Assembly: GCA_958421655.1 (NCBI GenBank)
Contig: CATZMG010000001.1
Span: 13,639 to 77,638, forward strand
From: an uncultured Collinsella sp.
Lineage (GTDB): Bacteria; Actinomycetota; Coriobacteriia; Coriobacteriales; Coriobacteriaceae
Length of the DNA: 64,000 nucleotides
Direction of reading: 5' to 3'
The position numbers were made by a program, and so were the translations under genes. Under the pieces are notes generated by a model that saw nothing but the letters and a program-made list of their open reading frames with translations, was not told the DNA's origin and did no database searches. This document shows positions 1 to 10,468 of the stretch, in pieces. Positions within the stretch are counted from its first letter, which is position 1; the number at the start of each line of letters is the position of its first letter.

Positions 1-742
1 CGAGTGGCTGACCGGTACGAGCTACCTCCAGCGCCCGATTGTGCTCGGACCTCTGGTTGGCCTTGTCATGGGCGACATGGTGACCGGCACGATCATGGGC
101 GCCACGATGGAGCTTGCCATGGTCGGCGCCATCTCGGTCGGTGCGTATAACCCGCCCGATACGATTTCCGGAACCATCCTGGGTGTGTCGCTTGCCATGC
201 AGGCCGGCGCGGACGCTTCGGCGGCCCTGACCCTGGGCATTCCCATCGCAACGATCGTCCTGGCGCTCGATACGGCCCTGGGCCAGCCGGTGATGCTATT
301 GCTGGTGCACCGTATCGACAAGAACGTCGAGGACGGAGACACCAAGGCCATTACGCGCAACATGCTTATCGCCGGTTACGCGCAGAGCTGGTGCGGCCTG
401 CTGATTATTCCCCTGGCCTTCTTCTTTGGCGCCGATGCTGTTGCCAGCCTGCTCAACATCATTCCCGATTTCGTTCAGACCGGCATGGATGTCGCCGCCG
501 CCTTCTTGCCCGCACTCGGCTTTGCGATGCTGGCTCAGATGATCATGAACAAAACGGTGGCTCCGTTCTTCTTCGCTGGCTTCTTCCTCGTTGCCTACTT
601 TGGCATTAGCACGACGGGCGTGGCGATCTTTGCCGCGATCATCGTCGTCGCGATGACGGTTTTGGGTGATAAGAAAAAAGCGGAGCAGCCCGCAGTGGCA
701 ACCGAGGATCCTGCGATTGGGAGTGGGTTCGATGAGTTTTAA
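1..742 (+). CDS. PTS mannose/fructose/sorbose family IIC component (5'-truncated by window)
   Basis: RPIVLGPLVGLVMGD...GATMELA..G and PPD motifs; hydrophobic; overlaps the IID start. Confidence 0.9.
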   Translation, partial: EWLTGTSYLQRPIVLGPLVGLVMGDMVTGTIMGATMELAMVGAISVGAYNPPDTISGTILGVSLAMQAGADASAALTLGIPIATIVLALDTALGQPVMLLLVHRIDKNVEDGDTKAITRNMLIAGYAQSWCGLLIIPLAFFFGADAVASLLNIIPDFVQTGMDVAAAFLPALGFAMLAQMIMNKTVAPFFFAGFFLVAYFGISTTGVAIFAAIIVVAMTVLGDKKKAEQPAVATEDPAIGSGFDEF

Positions 743-1568
743 GTTTGAGTCTTCTTACGACGGGCTGATTTCCCGCGCAGACCTTAAGAAGCTGTTCTGG
801 CGCTCGATTCCCTATGAGCATTCCTGGAACTACGAGCGTATGGGCCATATCGGCTTTATGTGGGCCCTTATGCCGATTCTTCGCAAGCTGTATCCGCAGG
901 ATGCGGACTTTAAGGCCGCCCTTAAGCGCCATATGGAGCTCTATAACGTCACGCCGTACATCTCGACGCTTCCCATGTCCATCGCCGCTGCAATGGAGGA
1001 GGTCAACGCTACTGACGATAGCTTTGACACGAGCGCGATCTCTAATGTCAAGCTTGCTTTGATGGGGCCGCTGTCCGGCGTGGGCGATGCCTTCTACTGG
1101 GGCACGCTGCGAATTTTGGCAACGGGTGTCGGCACGTCGCTGGCGCTGCAGGGCTCCATTCTTGGCCCGATTTTGTTCCTGCTCGTGTTCAACGTCCCTC
1201 ACTACATCATCCGTTACCTGCTGACGTTTGTGGGATATCGCTTTGGCTCGGACATGATCAGCAAAGTCCAGGAATCGGGCATTATGGACACGATCGTCAA
1301 GATGGCCTCTATCATGGGCGCCATGGTGATCGGTGCTATGACCATGGAGATGGTCACCGTGGACATTCCGCTCATGGTCGGCGCGGGCGATGGTGCTCAG
1401 ACGCTGGCCGAGCTGCTCAACGGAATTTTCCCGGGCTTTGTCACGATGGGGCTGTTTGGAATCGTCTATCTCATGCTCAAGAAGAAGATGAATCCGCTGC
1501 TCATCATGCTCGTGATCCTGCTCGTGAGTATCGCCGGCGCGTTCTTTGGAGTGCTTGGTGTCCAGTAG
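732..1568 (+). CDS. PTS mannose family IID component
   Basis: SWNYERM, RHMELYN.TP and LMGPLSGVGDA motifs; ATG at 732. Confidence 0.93.
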   Translation: MSFKFESSYDGLISRADLKKLFWRSIPYEHSWNYERMGHIGFMWALMPILRKLYPQDADFKAALKRHMELYNVTPYISTLPMSIAAAMEEVNATDDSFDTSAISNVKLALMGPLSGVGDAFYWGTLRILATGVGTSLALQGSILGPILFLLVFNVPHYIIRYLLTFVGYRFGSDMISKVQESGIMDTIVKMASIMGAMVIGAMTMEMVTVDIPLMVGAGDGAQTLAELLNGIFPGFVTMGLFGIVYLMLKKKMNPLLIMLVILLVSIAGAFFGVLGVQ

Positions 1569-1642
1569 AGTATCCGTCATAATGAGAACAATGTAAGAGG
1601 GGGCGTCGCGCACACTGTGCTGCGGCGCCCTTTTGCCGAAAG

Positions 1643-2488
1643 GTGGACAAGATGGAGTATCCGCAGCTTGCCGTCATGAATATCAGCCATCGTTATTTTG
1701 ACCTTGAGGAATTCTTTTCCTCGGCAGCGGCCTCGGGCTACACGTGTTGCGAGCTTTGGACCGGGGCGATGCATCTGTATGTCGATTGCCATGGATACGA
1801 TTCGCTCGAGCAGGTGCGGGAGCTGTCGCAGCAGTATGGGGTTCGGATTGTGGGGCTTTGTCCCGAACAGAACAACCCCAAGCCGTGGAATATCGCGGCG
1901 CGCGGGAATGAGGCGCGTGCCCGCACGCTCGCGTACTTTAAGAACGTTGTGGATATCGCGGCGGAACTTGGAGCCGAGCAGGTCATGGTCTCGAGCGGCT
2001 GGGCATTTTTGAACGAGCCAATCGAGGACGCGTGGGGTCGCAGCGCCTCGATGCTGCGTGCGATTGCCGAGCATGCGGGAGAGTGCGGCGTTCGACTGGT
2101 GCTCGAGGCCCTACAGCCGGTTGAGTCGATGATCGTGAACTCGGCGGCCGATACGAAGCGCATGATCGAGGCAGTTGATCATCCGGCACTTAAGGCGTGT
2201 CTGGATTTGGGCGCTATGGCGGTGGCGGGGGATACCATCGACGATTATTTCGATCTGCTTGGCGATGATGTCGCCCACGTGCATTTTGTCGATGTTGCGG
2301 CAGACGGCACGACGCATCTTGCCTGGGGTGACGGCGACCGCGATATGCGCGCCGACCTGGATAGGCTGGTGGCGCGCGGCTATCGCGGAGTTGTTTCGGC
2401 CGAGACCTATGACTGGCGCTATTTTGCTGACCCCGCAGCTGCCGATGCACAGGTAATGGCAGAGTATCGTCGTGCGATTGGCGCCTAG
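1643..2488 (+). CDS. Sugar phosphate isomerase/epimerase (xylose isomerase-like TIM barrel, FrlC-like)
   Basis: ELW, LEAL, LD.G, HVHFVD, HL.WGDG and SAE metal-site pattern; follows the PTS genes. Confidence 0.8.
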   Translation: MDKMEYPQLAVMNISHRYFDLEEFFSSAAASGYTCCELWTGAMHLYVDCHGYDSLEQVRELSQQYGVRIVGLCPEQNNPKPWNIAARGNEARARTLAYFKNVVDIAAELGAEQVMVSSGWAFLNEPIEDAWGRSASMLRAIAEHAGECGVRLVLEALQPVESMIVNSAADTKRMIEAVDHPALKACLDLGAMAVAGDTIDDYFDLLGDDVAHVHFVDVAADGTTHLAWGDGDRDMRADLDRLVARGYRGVVSAETYDWRYFADPAAADAQVMAEYRRAIGA

Positions 2489-2590
2489 GTGGGGTTGGGT
2501 TGCGGCAACCTGCCCCATGTTTCCAAATGAATACGGTGTGAGCGGCTTCGACGGATTTTCCCCGCAAGCACTCTAGTATGCTAAAGTACC

Positions 2591-2626
2591 CAGAAGACCG
2601 GCGGAGCTATGCCGGTCTTCTGTTCT
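2591..2626 (+). terminator. 12-bp stem hairpin upstream of the his operon (terminator or attenuator)
   Basis: CAGAAGACCGGC-N8-GCCGGTCTTCTG followed by TTCT. Confidence 0.45.
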
Positions 2627-2657
2627 ATATGAAACACAGCATGAGGAGGCTCACCAG

Positions 2658-4373
2658 ATGACGGCCACACCGTGGGGATTCCGGGACATATTGCCCGAGG
2701 AGGCTCAGGCGCGCGAGGAGATTGCATGTACGGTGAAGGGCTGCTTCAGGGAGCATCATTACCTTCCGGTCGAGACGCCGCTGCTCGAGGACAAGGGCTC
2801 GCTCGAGGAGGGCGGCCGCATTGCGGACACGCCGTTTAAGCTCTTTGATGACGACGGTCGCCTGCTGGTGGTCCGTCCCGACAACACATTGCCGATCGTG
2901 CGCTTGGTTTCGACCCGCATGTGCGCTGCCGACCTGCCCCTGCGCCTTCGCTACGAGGCGCCGGTGGTTCGCGAGTGCCAGCGCAATGCCGGTGGCTCGC
3001 GTCAGTTTACGCAGCTGGGCTTTGAGCTCATCGGTGTGGGCGACACTGCGGGCGACGTCGAGATCGTCTCGCTGGTGGCCGAGGCCGTGCGCGAGCTGAC
3101 ACTTCCCGATGCGCGCATTATCGCGGGCAGTGTGCGTCCGTTTAAGGAACTGCTTGCGGCGTGCGAAGATCGCGAGCTGGCTGCCGAGGCGCTGCGCTGC
3201 GTGCACGCCAACGACTTCGTGGGCCTCGATGCCCGCGTGGCGGAAAGCGCAGAGTCCGAGGCCGTTAAGGTCGCCATTAGCGAGCTGCCGCGCCTGCACG
3301 GTGGTGCCGAGGTGCTCGACCGCGTCGACGCGCTGCTGGCGGCGGCAGGCATTGTTGCGCCGCTCACGCGCGAGCTGCGTGCCCTGGTCGATGGCCTGGC
3401 TCCCGAGGACGCCCGGGTGCTGTCCTTCGACTTCTCCATCATGAACTCGTTTGATTACTACACGGGCCTGGTCTTTAAGGCCTATGCCGGTGGCCTGCCC
3501 GATCCGGTCGGTTCAGGCGGACGCTACGACTCCATCTTTACTGGCGCATTTGGCGACGGCATCGAGGTGCCGGCGGCGGGCTTTGCCTTTTCGCTCGAGC
3601 GTCTGGAGGCCGCGCATACCTCGGCCGAGGACGCTGCTTCCGATGGTGACCATGCCGTGGGCCGCGGCGCCGAGGGTCCACTGCGCATCGCCGTGCCCAA
3701 GGGCTCGCTCAAGGCCGACACGCTCGACGTGCTCGAGGCCGCGGGCTTGGATGTCTCTGAGCTGCGCGACCCCGGCCGTCACCTCATCGTGCGCGGCCGC
3801 GACACACACGCTGGTGAGGGCACGGTCGGCGATATCGAGTTTGTCATCGTGCGTCCCAGCGACGCACCCGCTTTTGTGGGCTGTGGCGGCGCCGACTGCG
3901 GCATCTGCGGCTGGGACTCGCTCATCGAGGCCGACCTCAACCTGCTGCAGCTGGTCGACCTGCGCTACGGCCTGTGCACGTTTATCGAGGCGGAGCCCGC
4001 GTGGCGCGCTGGCCAGGCCGAGCGCAACTATGCCCGTCGCGGTTCTCTTCGCGTGGCCACCAAGTACCCGCGCATCGCGAGCGCTTGGTATGCCGAACGC
4101 GGTGTGAATGTCGACATCGTTTCGCTGCACGGTAACATCGAGCTGGGCCCCATTGTCGGTATGACCGACCGTATCGTGGATATCACCGCCACGGGCGCCA
4201 CGCTGCGCGATAACGACCTGGTCATCACCGGCCGCATCATGGACTGCACGGCCCGTTTCTTTGTCAATCCGGGCGCCGCTCGCCTGGATCCGCGCGTACG
4301 CAATCTGGCAGATCGCCTGACCGCGGCCGTGAAGGACAAGCATTTTGAGCCCGTCGCGGGCTCGGCACAATAG
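2658..4373 (+). CDS. hisZG: Fused ATP phosphoribosyltransferase regulatory subunit (HisZ) and short-form HisG
   Basis: N-terminal TPWGFRDILP, RPDNT, QLGFEL, YYTGLVF, GGRYD (HisZ); C-terminal RIAVPKG, RPSD, ATKYP, GNIELGP, IVDITATGATL (HisG). Confidence 0.92.
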   Translation: MTATPWGFRDILPEEAQAREEIACTVKGCFREHHYLPVETPLLEDKGSLEEGGRIADTPFKLFDDDGRLLVVRPDNTLPIVRLVSTRMCAADLPLRLRYEAPVVRECQRNAGGSRQFTQLGFELIGVGDTAGDVEIVSLVAEAVRELTLPDARIIAGSVRPFKELLAACEDRELAAEALRCVHANDFVGLDARVAESAESEAVKVAISELPRLHGGAEVLDRVDALLAAAGIVAPLTRELRALVDGLAPEDARVLSFDFSIMNSFDYYTGLVFKAYAGGLPDPVGSGGRYDSIFTGAFGDGIEVPAAGFAFSLERLEAAHTSAEDAASDGDHAVGRGAEGPLRIAVPKGSLKADTLDVLEAAGLDVSELRDPGRHLIVRGRDTHAGEGTVGDIEFVIVRPSDAPAFVGCGGADCGICGWDSLIEADLNLLQLVDLRYGLCTFIEAEPAWRAGQAERNYARRGSLRVATKYPRIASAWYAERGVNVDIVSLHGNIELGPIVGMTDRIVDITATGATLRDNDLVITGRIMDCTARFFVNPGAARLDPRVRNLADRLTAAVKDKHFEPVAGSAQ

Positions 4374-4477
4374 CGCGAGCACGCACGGGCGCCCCAACGT
4401 ACGGGCTGCGGGCCGTTGGCGCCGCCGCCCGACCTCTCGTTTTTCGAACATAATCTCGACCGATAGGGGATACCGAT

Positions 4478-5914
4478 ATGAAGACGATCAAGCTTGCTCC
4501 CGGTGAGCGCCTCGTTACCAACCAGCTCAACCGCAAGGGCGTGTTGCCACAAAACATCGTCGACGCCGCCCGCGATATCGTGGCCAACGTACGCGCCAAC
4601 GGCGATGCCGCGGTGCGCGATTACTGCCAGCGTTTTGACGGCGTTGAGCTGCAGAGTTTTCGCCTGCCGCAGGAGCAGATTGATGCTGCACTCGAAGGCC
4701 TCGATCCTGCCTTTGTCGCGGCTCTCGAAAAGGCCGCACGCCAGATCCGCGAGTTCCACCAGCGTGAGGTCGAGCAGAGCTGGTTTACCACGCGCCCGGA
4801 CGGCACGATGCTCGGCGTTAAGGTGACCCCGCTTGCCGCTGCCGGCATTTACGTGCCAGGCGGTCGTGCGCAGTATCCCTCCACGGTGCTTATGAACGCC
4901 ATCCCTGCCAAGGTGGCTGGCGTTAAGCGCGTGGTCATGGTGACCCCGCCGCAAAAAGATGGCCTAATCAGCCCCTATACGCTCGCGGCTGCCAAGCTCG
5001 GCGGCGTGGACGAGATCTATATGGTGGGTGGCGCCCAGGCCGTGGCCGCGCTGGCGTACGGTACCGAGACCATTCCGCGTGTCGACAAGATTACCGGCCC
5101 GGGTAACGCCTTTGTCGCCGCTGCCAAGCAGATTGTCTCGGGTGACGTGGGTATCGATATGGTTGCTGGCCCCTCCGAGGTCTGCGTGCTGGCCGACGCC
5201 ACGGCCAAGCCCATGGTGGTCGCGGCCGACCTGATGGCCCAGGCCGAGCACGATCCGCTGGCGGCCTGCTATCTGGTGACCTGCGACGAGCAGTTTGCGT
5301 GTGAGGTCGAGGCGGGTATCGACATCCTGGTGGCGCAGTCCCCGCGTGCCGAGATTACGCGCGCTTCGCTCGACAATGAGGGCACCATCGTGGTGGCCGC
5401 CGACATGGCCGCCGCCGTCGAGGCCGTGAACACGGTGGCGCCTGAGCACCTTGAGCTGCACTGCAAGGACGCGATGGGCCTGCTCGGCGGCATTCGCAAC
5501 GCCGGCGCTATCTTTGTGGGCGCTTGGAGCTCGGAGCCGCTCGGCGATTACGTTGCCGGCCCCAATCACACGCTACCGACCGGCGGCACGGCCATGTTCT
5601 CCAACCCGCTTTCGGTGGAGGAGTTCGTCAAGCGCTCGAGTGTCATTTGCTATACACCCGAGGGCCTGCTCTCCGATGCTCCTGCCACGCAGCGCCTCGC
5701 CGAGGCCGAGGGTCTGTGGGCACACGCGCTTTCCGCCGCGCTGCGCCGCCGCGTGTTGGAGCAGGGCGAGGATGCCGTGAGCGCCGAGTCGCTCGCCGCG
5801 GCCGACCTGACCAAGGTTGCCTGGCCGGGCGACGCCGTGGCGACGGTTGCCGAGGGCGTGGACCTGGCGGCTGCAAGCGCTGATGGCGCCGGCGCGACTG
5901 GCAAGGAGGCCTAA
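4478..5914 (+). CDS. hisD: Histidinol dehydrogenase
   Basis: YVPGG, GPGN.FV, AGPSE, QAEHD, PEHLE, GPNH.LPT motifs. Confidence 0.97.
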   Translation: MKTIKLAPGERLVTNQLNRKGVLPQNIVDAARDIVANVRANGDAAVRDYCQRFDGVELQSFRLPQEQIDAALEGLDPAFVAALEKAARQIREFHQREVEQSWFTTRPDGTMLGVKVTPLAAAGIYVPGGRAQYPSTVLMNAIPAKVAGVKRVVMVTPPQKDGLISPYTLAAAKLGGVDEIYMVGGAQAVAALAYGTETIPRVDKITGPGNAFVAAAKQIVSGDVGIDMVAGPSEVCVLADATAKPMVVAADLMAQAEHDPLAACYLVTCDEQFACEVEAGIDILVAQSPRAEITRASLDNEGTIVVAADMAAAVEAVNTVAPEHLELHCKDAMGLLGGIRNAGAIFVGAWSSEPLGDYVAGPNHTLPTGGTAMFSNPLSVEEFVKRSSVICYTPEGLLSDAPATQRLAEAEGLWAHALSAALRRRVLEQGEDAVSAESLAAADLTKVAWPGDAVATVAEGVDLAAASADGAGATGKEA

Positions 5915-5915
5915 T

Positions 5916-7031
5916 ATGTCCGAACTCACGCCGCGCATGAAGGAGCTCGTCCAGCCCTACTTGGCCGGCATTGAGCCCTACGATCCCAACTTTACGCCCA
6001 CGCGCATCAACCTTTCGGCCAACGAGAACACCTATCCCGTGCCGGCTGGCGTGCGCGAGGCGGTCGACGCCGCCCTGGCCGCTACACCGCTCAACCGCTA
6101 TCCCGATCCCATGTCCAACGATCTGCGCGACGAGCTTGCCGCTTGGCATGGTGTGACGCGCGAGAATGTCTGCGTGGGCAACGGCGGCGACGAGCTGCTC
6201 TATAACTACCTGTTGGCGTTTGGCGGCGCGGGACGGACCCTGCTCAACTGCCCGCCGTGCTTTAGCGAGTACGCGTTCTTTGCGTCGCTCTGCCAGACCG
6301 AGGTGCGCGACGTGTGGCGCGACCCCGCGACCTTTGAGCTCGACCAGGCAGCTGTGCTTGCGGCGGCGTCCGAGTGCAACCTGGCAATCGTGACCTCGCC
6401 CAATAACCCCACGGGTGACGTGGCACCGCTCGACTTTGTCGCGGCGCTGTGCGATGCGTGCCCCGGCATGGTAATGGTCGACGAGGCCTACGTTGAGTTT
6501 GCCGACGATTTGTTTGGCGCGGCCACCACGGCGCAGGGGCTTATCGCCGAGCATCCCAACCTGGTGATTCTGCATACGTTGTCCAAGGCGTTTGGCGCTG
6601 CCGGCACGCGTCTGGGCTATGTGATTGCGGCGCCCGAAGTCATCGACGTGTTCGCGGCGATTCGCCAGATCTATTCGGTCAACGTACTGAGCCAGGCGGC
6701 AGCACTTGCCTGCGTGCGTGCCCGTGATGCCTACACGCCCGTGGTGGCGCAGGTCGCATCCGAGCGCGAACGCGAACAGGCCGCTCTGCGCGCGATGGCT
6801 GCCGAGGGCATGCCCGTGGAGGCATGGCCGAGCGCGGCGAACTTTGTGCTCGTGCGTACGCCGCATGCCACACGCGTGCGCGAGCGCCTGCGCGACGAGT
6901 ACTCGATTTTGGTGCGCGACTTTAGCTACGCGCCGGGGCTCGCGGACTGCTTGCGCATTACCGTGGGCACGCCGCGGGAAAACGATGAGGTGCTGGCTGC
7001 GTTTGCCGCGCTGGTGAAGGAGGAGATGTAG
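5916..7031 (+). CDS. hisC: Histidinol-phosphate aminotransferase
   Basis: NEN, NRYPD, PNNPTG, DEAY, TLSKAFG..G.RLG motifs; ATG at 5916 after AGGAGG. Confidence 0.95.
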   Translation: MSELTPRMKELVQPYLAGIEPYDPNFTPTRINLSANENTYPVPAGVREAVDAALAATPLNRYPDPMSNDLRDELAAWHGVTRENVCVGNGGDELLYNYLLAFGGAGRTLLNCPPCFSEYAFFASLCQTEVRDVWRDPATFELDQAAVLAAASECNLAIVTSPNNPTGDVAPLDFVAALCDACPGMVMVDEAYVEFADDLFGAATTAQGLIAEHPNLVILHTLSKAFGAAGTRLGYVIAAPEVIDVFAAIRQIYSVNVLSQAAALACVRARDAYTPVVAQVASEREREQAALRAMAAEGMPVEAWPSAANFVLVRTPHATRVRERLRDEYSILVRDFSYAPGLADCLRITVGTPRENDEVLAAFAALVKEEM

Positions 7032-7619
7032 ATGGACCGCTATGCCGAGGTAACCCGCAAGACGGGCGAGACCGACATTGTCGTAAAGCTCGACCTGGAC
7101 GGATCTGGCGTGTGCGATATCTCGACCGGCGTGCCGTTTTTCGACCACATGCTCAACGCCTTTGGCCGCCATGGTCTGTTCGATCTGACGGTGCGCGCGG
7201 TGGGCGACGTCGAGGTCGACGCGCACCACACCGTCGAGGACACGGGCATCGTGCTGGGCGAGGCGTTTTGCCAGGCGCTGGGCGACAAGGCGGGTATTAC
7301 GCGCTTTGCCGACGCGGCGATCGCCATGGACGAGACGCTCGTGATGGCCGCCGTGGATATCTCGGGCCGTGGGCAGGCCTATTGTGAGCTGCCCGTGCCG
7401 ACCGAGCGCGTGGGCAGCTTTGATACCGAGCTGGCCGTCGAGTTCTTCTATGCCTTTGCACGCGATGCCAAGCTCACGCTGCACGTGCGCGAGCTGGCGG
7501 GCGGCAACTCGCACCACATTATCGAGGCCGCCTTTAAGGCCGTGGGCCGCACGATGCGTCACGCCTGCGAGCTCGATCCCCACGTGCAGGGCATCCCCAG
7601 CACCAAGGGCTCGCTGTAA
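7032..7619 (+). CDS. hisB: Imidazoleglycerol-phosphate dehydratase
   Basis: FFDHML, DAHHTVED, NSHH..EA.FKA, PSTKG motifs. Confidence 0.97.
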   Translation: MDRYAEVTRKTGETDIVVKLDLDGSGVCDISTGVPFFDHMLNAFGRHGLFDLTVRAVGDVEVDAHHTVEDTGIVLGEAFCQALGDKAGITRFADAAIAMDETLVMAAVDISGRGQAYCELPVPTERVGSFDTELAVEFFYAFARDAKLTLHVRELAGGNSHHIIEAAFKAVGRTMRHACELDPHVQGIPSTKGSL

Positions 7620-7732
7620 CCTGCCAAAAAGGGACAGGTTTATTTTGGCAGGTTTTATCTGCGGGAATGCTGTCTCATGTGGTGGGTGAACGTTTAACCG
7701 ACCAAAATAAACCTGTCCCTTTTTGGCAGGTT
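7618..7732. repeat. 115-bp element with perfect 31-bp terminal inverted repeats (GGGACAGGTT-loop family)
   Basis: AACCTGCCAAAAAGGGACAGGTTTATTTTGG at 7618-7648 and its exact reverse complement at 7702-7732. Confidence 0.85.
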
Positions 7733-7756
7733 TTGAATGGGAAAAGGGAGGGTCGC

Positions 7757-8458
7757 GTGGGCGAACCGAAAATCGTGGTGGTCGACTACCACAAGGGCAA
7801 CTTGTCGAGCGTCGTGCGCGGGCTTGCGCGCGCCGGTGCCGCCGCCTGCACATCGGACGATCCGGAGCAGATCCGCAACGCCGACGGCCTGGTCATCCCG
7901 GGCGTGGGCGCGTTCTATGACGCGATCGCCTTTATGCGCCAGAGCGGCGAGGAGGTGGCCGTGCTCGATGCCGTTGCCGCCGGAACTCCGCTGCTCGGCA
8001 TCTGCCTGGGCCTCCAGCTATTTTTTGAGCGCGGCAACGAGGGCGTGCCGGCGGGCGAGGGTGCGGACGCGGACGACGATGCCTCCGAGCAGGCCGGTGG
8101 TCCCTGGGTCGATGGCCTGGGCATCATGCGTGGCTCGTGCACGCACCTGGAGTCGAGCCGTCTGAAGGTCCCGCACGTGGGCTGGGACCAGGTGCACATG
8201 ACGCCCGCCGGTGCGGCCGATTCGTTGCTTGCCGGTTTTGCCGAGGGCGCCAACATGTATTTCACTCACAGCTACGCGGTGGCCGACGACGTCGATGCCG
8301 CCGATGTGTTGGCACGCACGCACTATACACGGAGCTTCCCGTGCATCGTGCGCCACGGTAACGTGTGGGGCTGCCAGTTCCATCCCGAGAAATCCTCCGC
8401 GCTGGGTCAGCGTATTCTTAAGAACTTCGTGAGCATCGTCGAGGAGGTTGGCCGATGA
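7757..8458 (+). CDS. hisH: Imidazole glycerol phosphate synthase, glutaminase subunit
   Basis: PGVGAF, GICLG.Q, VPHVGW, YFTHSY, QFHPEKS motifs; GTG start after GGAGG. Confidence 0.95.
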   Translation: MGEPKIVVVDYHKGNLSSVVRGLARAGAAACTSDDPEQIRNADGLVIPGVGAFYDAIAFMRQSGEEVAVLDAVAAGTPLLGICLGLQLFFERGNEGVPAGEGADADDDASEQAGGPWVDGLGIMRGSCTHLESSRLKVPHVGWDQVHMTPAGAADSLLAGFAEGANMYFTHSYAVADDVDAADVLARTHYTRSFPCIVRHGNVWGCQFHPEKSSALGQRILKNFVSIVEEVGR

Positions 8459-9198
8459 TCCTGTTTCCCGCAATCGATCTGATCGGCGGCAAGGTTGTGC
8501 GCCTGGAGCGCGGTGACCGCAACCGCTGCAAGGTATATTCCGATGACCCCGTGGCCGTCGCCCGCTCGTTTGCCGAGCAGGGCGCAAGCTGGGTGCATGT
8601 CGTCGACCTGTCCGCTGCCTTTGGTGAGGACGAGGACACATGCGCTGCCAACTCGGCGGCGATTAAGGCCATCTGCGGCGTCGACGGTCTGTCCGTGGAC
8701 GTGGGCGGCGGCGTTCGCTCACTCGCGCGCATCGATGAGCTGGCAGGCTATGGTGCTCGCCGCATTGCGCTGGGCACCGTGCTGGTGACCGAGCCAGGTT
8801 TTGCCGAGGTGGCAGCCCAAGGCTTTGGCGAGCTGCTGGTCGCCGACATTGCCGCGCGCGACGGCCAGGTTAAGGTGAACGGCTGGCGCGACGGCGCGGG
8901 CGTGGCGCTCGACGATGTCGTGGCGCAGCTTACCGAGCTGGGCTTTAAACACCTGGTCTATACCGACATCGCGCGCGATGGCATGCAGACGGGCATCGAT
9001 GTGGCGGCGTATCGCCATGTGGCCGAGGTCGCGGGCTTTCCCGTCGTGGCTTCGGGCGGTATTTCGACGCTCGACGACATCCGCGCACTGGCCGCGGTGG
9101 GCGAGGTTGCGATTGAAGGCGCCATTACCGGCCGTGCGCTCTACGAAGGCAACTTTACGCTGGCACAGGCGTTGGCCGCCGCCCGAGGGGAGGAGTAG
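8455..9198 (+). CDS. hisA: ProFAR isomerase
   Basis: FPAIDL..GKVVRL, HVVDL, VGGGVR, TDI.RDG, ASGG motifs. Confidence 0.95.
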   Translation: MILFPAIDLIGGKVVRLERGDRNRCKVYSDDPVAVARSFAEQGASWVHVVDLSAAFGEDEDTCAANSAAIKAICGVDGLSVDVGGGVRSLARIDELAGYGARRIALGTVLVTEPGFAEVAAQGFGELLVADIAARDGQVKVNGWRDGAGVALDDVVAQLTELGFKHLVYTDIARDGMQTGIDVAAYRHVAEVAGFPVVASGGISTLDDIRALAAVGEVAIEGAITGRALYEGNFTLAQALAAARGEE

Positions 9199-9201
9199 CC
9201 C

Positions 9202-9984
9202 ATGCTTACCAAGCGCGTGATTCCCTGCCTGGACGTCAAGGACGGCCGTGTGGTCAAGGGCGTCAACTTTGTGAGCTTGCGCGATGCGGGCGATCCGGTG
9301 GAGCTGGCGCGTGCCTACGACCGCGAGGGAGCGGACGAGGTCGTCTTCCTGGACATTACCGCCACGAGCGACAACCGTGCGACGACTATCGAGATGGCGG
9401 CGCATGCGGCCGAGGAGCTCGCCATTCCCTATACCGTGGGCGGCGGCTTTCGCGACTTGGCGGGCATGCGGACCATGGTTGCCGCCGGCGCCGACAAGGT
9501 GTCGCTTAACTCTGCCGCTGTGCGCGACCCGTCGTTGATCAGCCAGGCTGCCGCGGCGTTTGGCAGCCAGGCCGTGGTCGTGGCGATCGATGCCAAGCGC
9601 GTCGGTTTGCCCGGAGAGCCGGGTGCCGATAGGTGGGAGGTCTTTACCGCAGGAGGTCGCAACGCTACGGGTATCGACGCGGTGGCGTGGGCCGAGGAGG
9701 CGGCTCGTCGTGGCGCCGGCGAAATCCTACTGACCAGCATGGATCGCGACGGCACCAAGGCCGGCTTTGATTTGGCGCTCACCCGCGCCGTGGCGCGCGC
9801 GGTGCCGATTCCCGTCATCGCGAGCGGCGGCGTGGGCACACTTGAGCATTTTGCCGAGGGCGTGATCGAGGGCGAGGCCGACGCCGTGCTGGCGGCGAGC
9901 GTCTTTCACTTTGGAACCTTCAGCATTCGCGAAGTCAAAGAGTATATGGCCTCTCAAGGTATTCCTGTGAGGCTGGACTTCTAA
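9202..9984 (+). CDS. hisF: Imidazole glycerol phosphate synthase, cyclase subunit
   Basis: [34 protein letters not shown] motifs. Confidence 0.97.
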   Translation: MLTKRVIPCLDVKDGRVVKGVNFVSLRDAGDPVELARAYDREGADEVVFLDITATSDNRATTIEMAAHAAEELAIPYTVGGGFRDLAGMRTMVAAGADKVSLNSAAVRDPSLISQAAAAFGSQAVVVAIDAKRVGLPGEPGADRWEVFTAGGRNATGIDAVAWAEEAARRGAGEILLTSMDRDGTKAGFDLALTRAVARAVPIPVIASGGVGTLEHFAEGVIEGEADAVLAASVFHFGTFSIREVKEYMASQGIPVRLDF

Positions 9985-9993
9985 TGCTGCGGC

Positions 9994-10088
9994 TTGCCCA
10001 GGCACCCGACCTTCCGGCTCCAACCCTCCTCGCGTACTTAAGTACGTGTCGTCGGGCTTGTCGCTCGGAATCTCGGGCACCTGGACAA
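9994..10088. repeat. Long imperfect intergenic palindrome centred on CGTACTTAAGTACG
   Basis: Perfect 14-bp palindrome at 10033-10046 with imperfectly complementary outer arms. Confidence 0.6.
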
Positions 10089-10126
10089 CCCTCGCCGACC
10101 GGCGATGTTTAAATTGGGGAATTGAA

Positions 10127-10468
10127 ATGAGAGAAATTACTACTCCAGCGGATCTTAAATACGACGCCAAAGGATTGATTCCTTGTGTGGTTCAGCAGTA
10201 TGACACTGGTGAGGTGCTTATGGTTGCTTGGATGAACGAGGAATCGGTGGGGCTGACGCTCAAGACCGGCACCACGTGGTTTTGGAGCCGCAGCCGCCAG
10301 GAGCTCTGGAACAAGGGCGCGACGAGCGGCAACATGCAGGAGGTCAAGGAGCTCTGGGCCGACTGCGATAGCGATACGCTGCTGGTCAAGGTCGACTCGC
10401 CGGGTCCGGCCTGCCACACCGGCAACCGTACCTGCTTCTTTAAGCGCGTGGAAGGGGGAGTGCGATGA
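10127..10468 (+). CDS. hisI: Phosphoribosyl-AMP cyclohydrolase
   Basis: GLIP..VQ, WSRSR.ELW.KGATSG, DCD.D, ACHTG..TCF motifs. Confidence 0.96.
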   Translation: MREITTPADLKYDAKGLIPCVVQQYDTGEVLMVAWMNEESVGLTLKTGTTWFWSRSRQELWNKGATSGNMQEVKELWADCDSDTLLVKVDSPGPACHTGNRTCFFKRVEGGVR

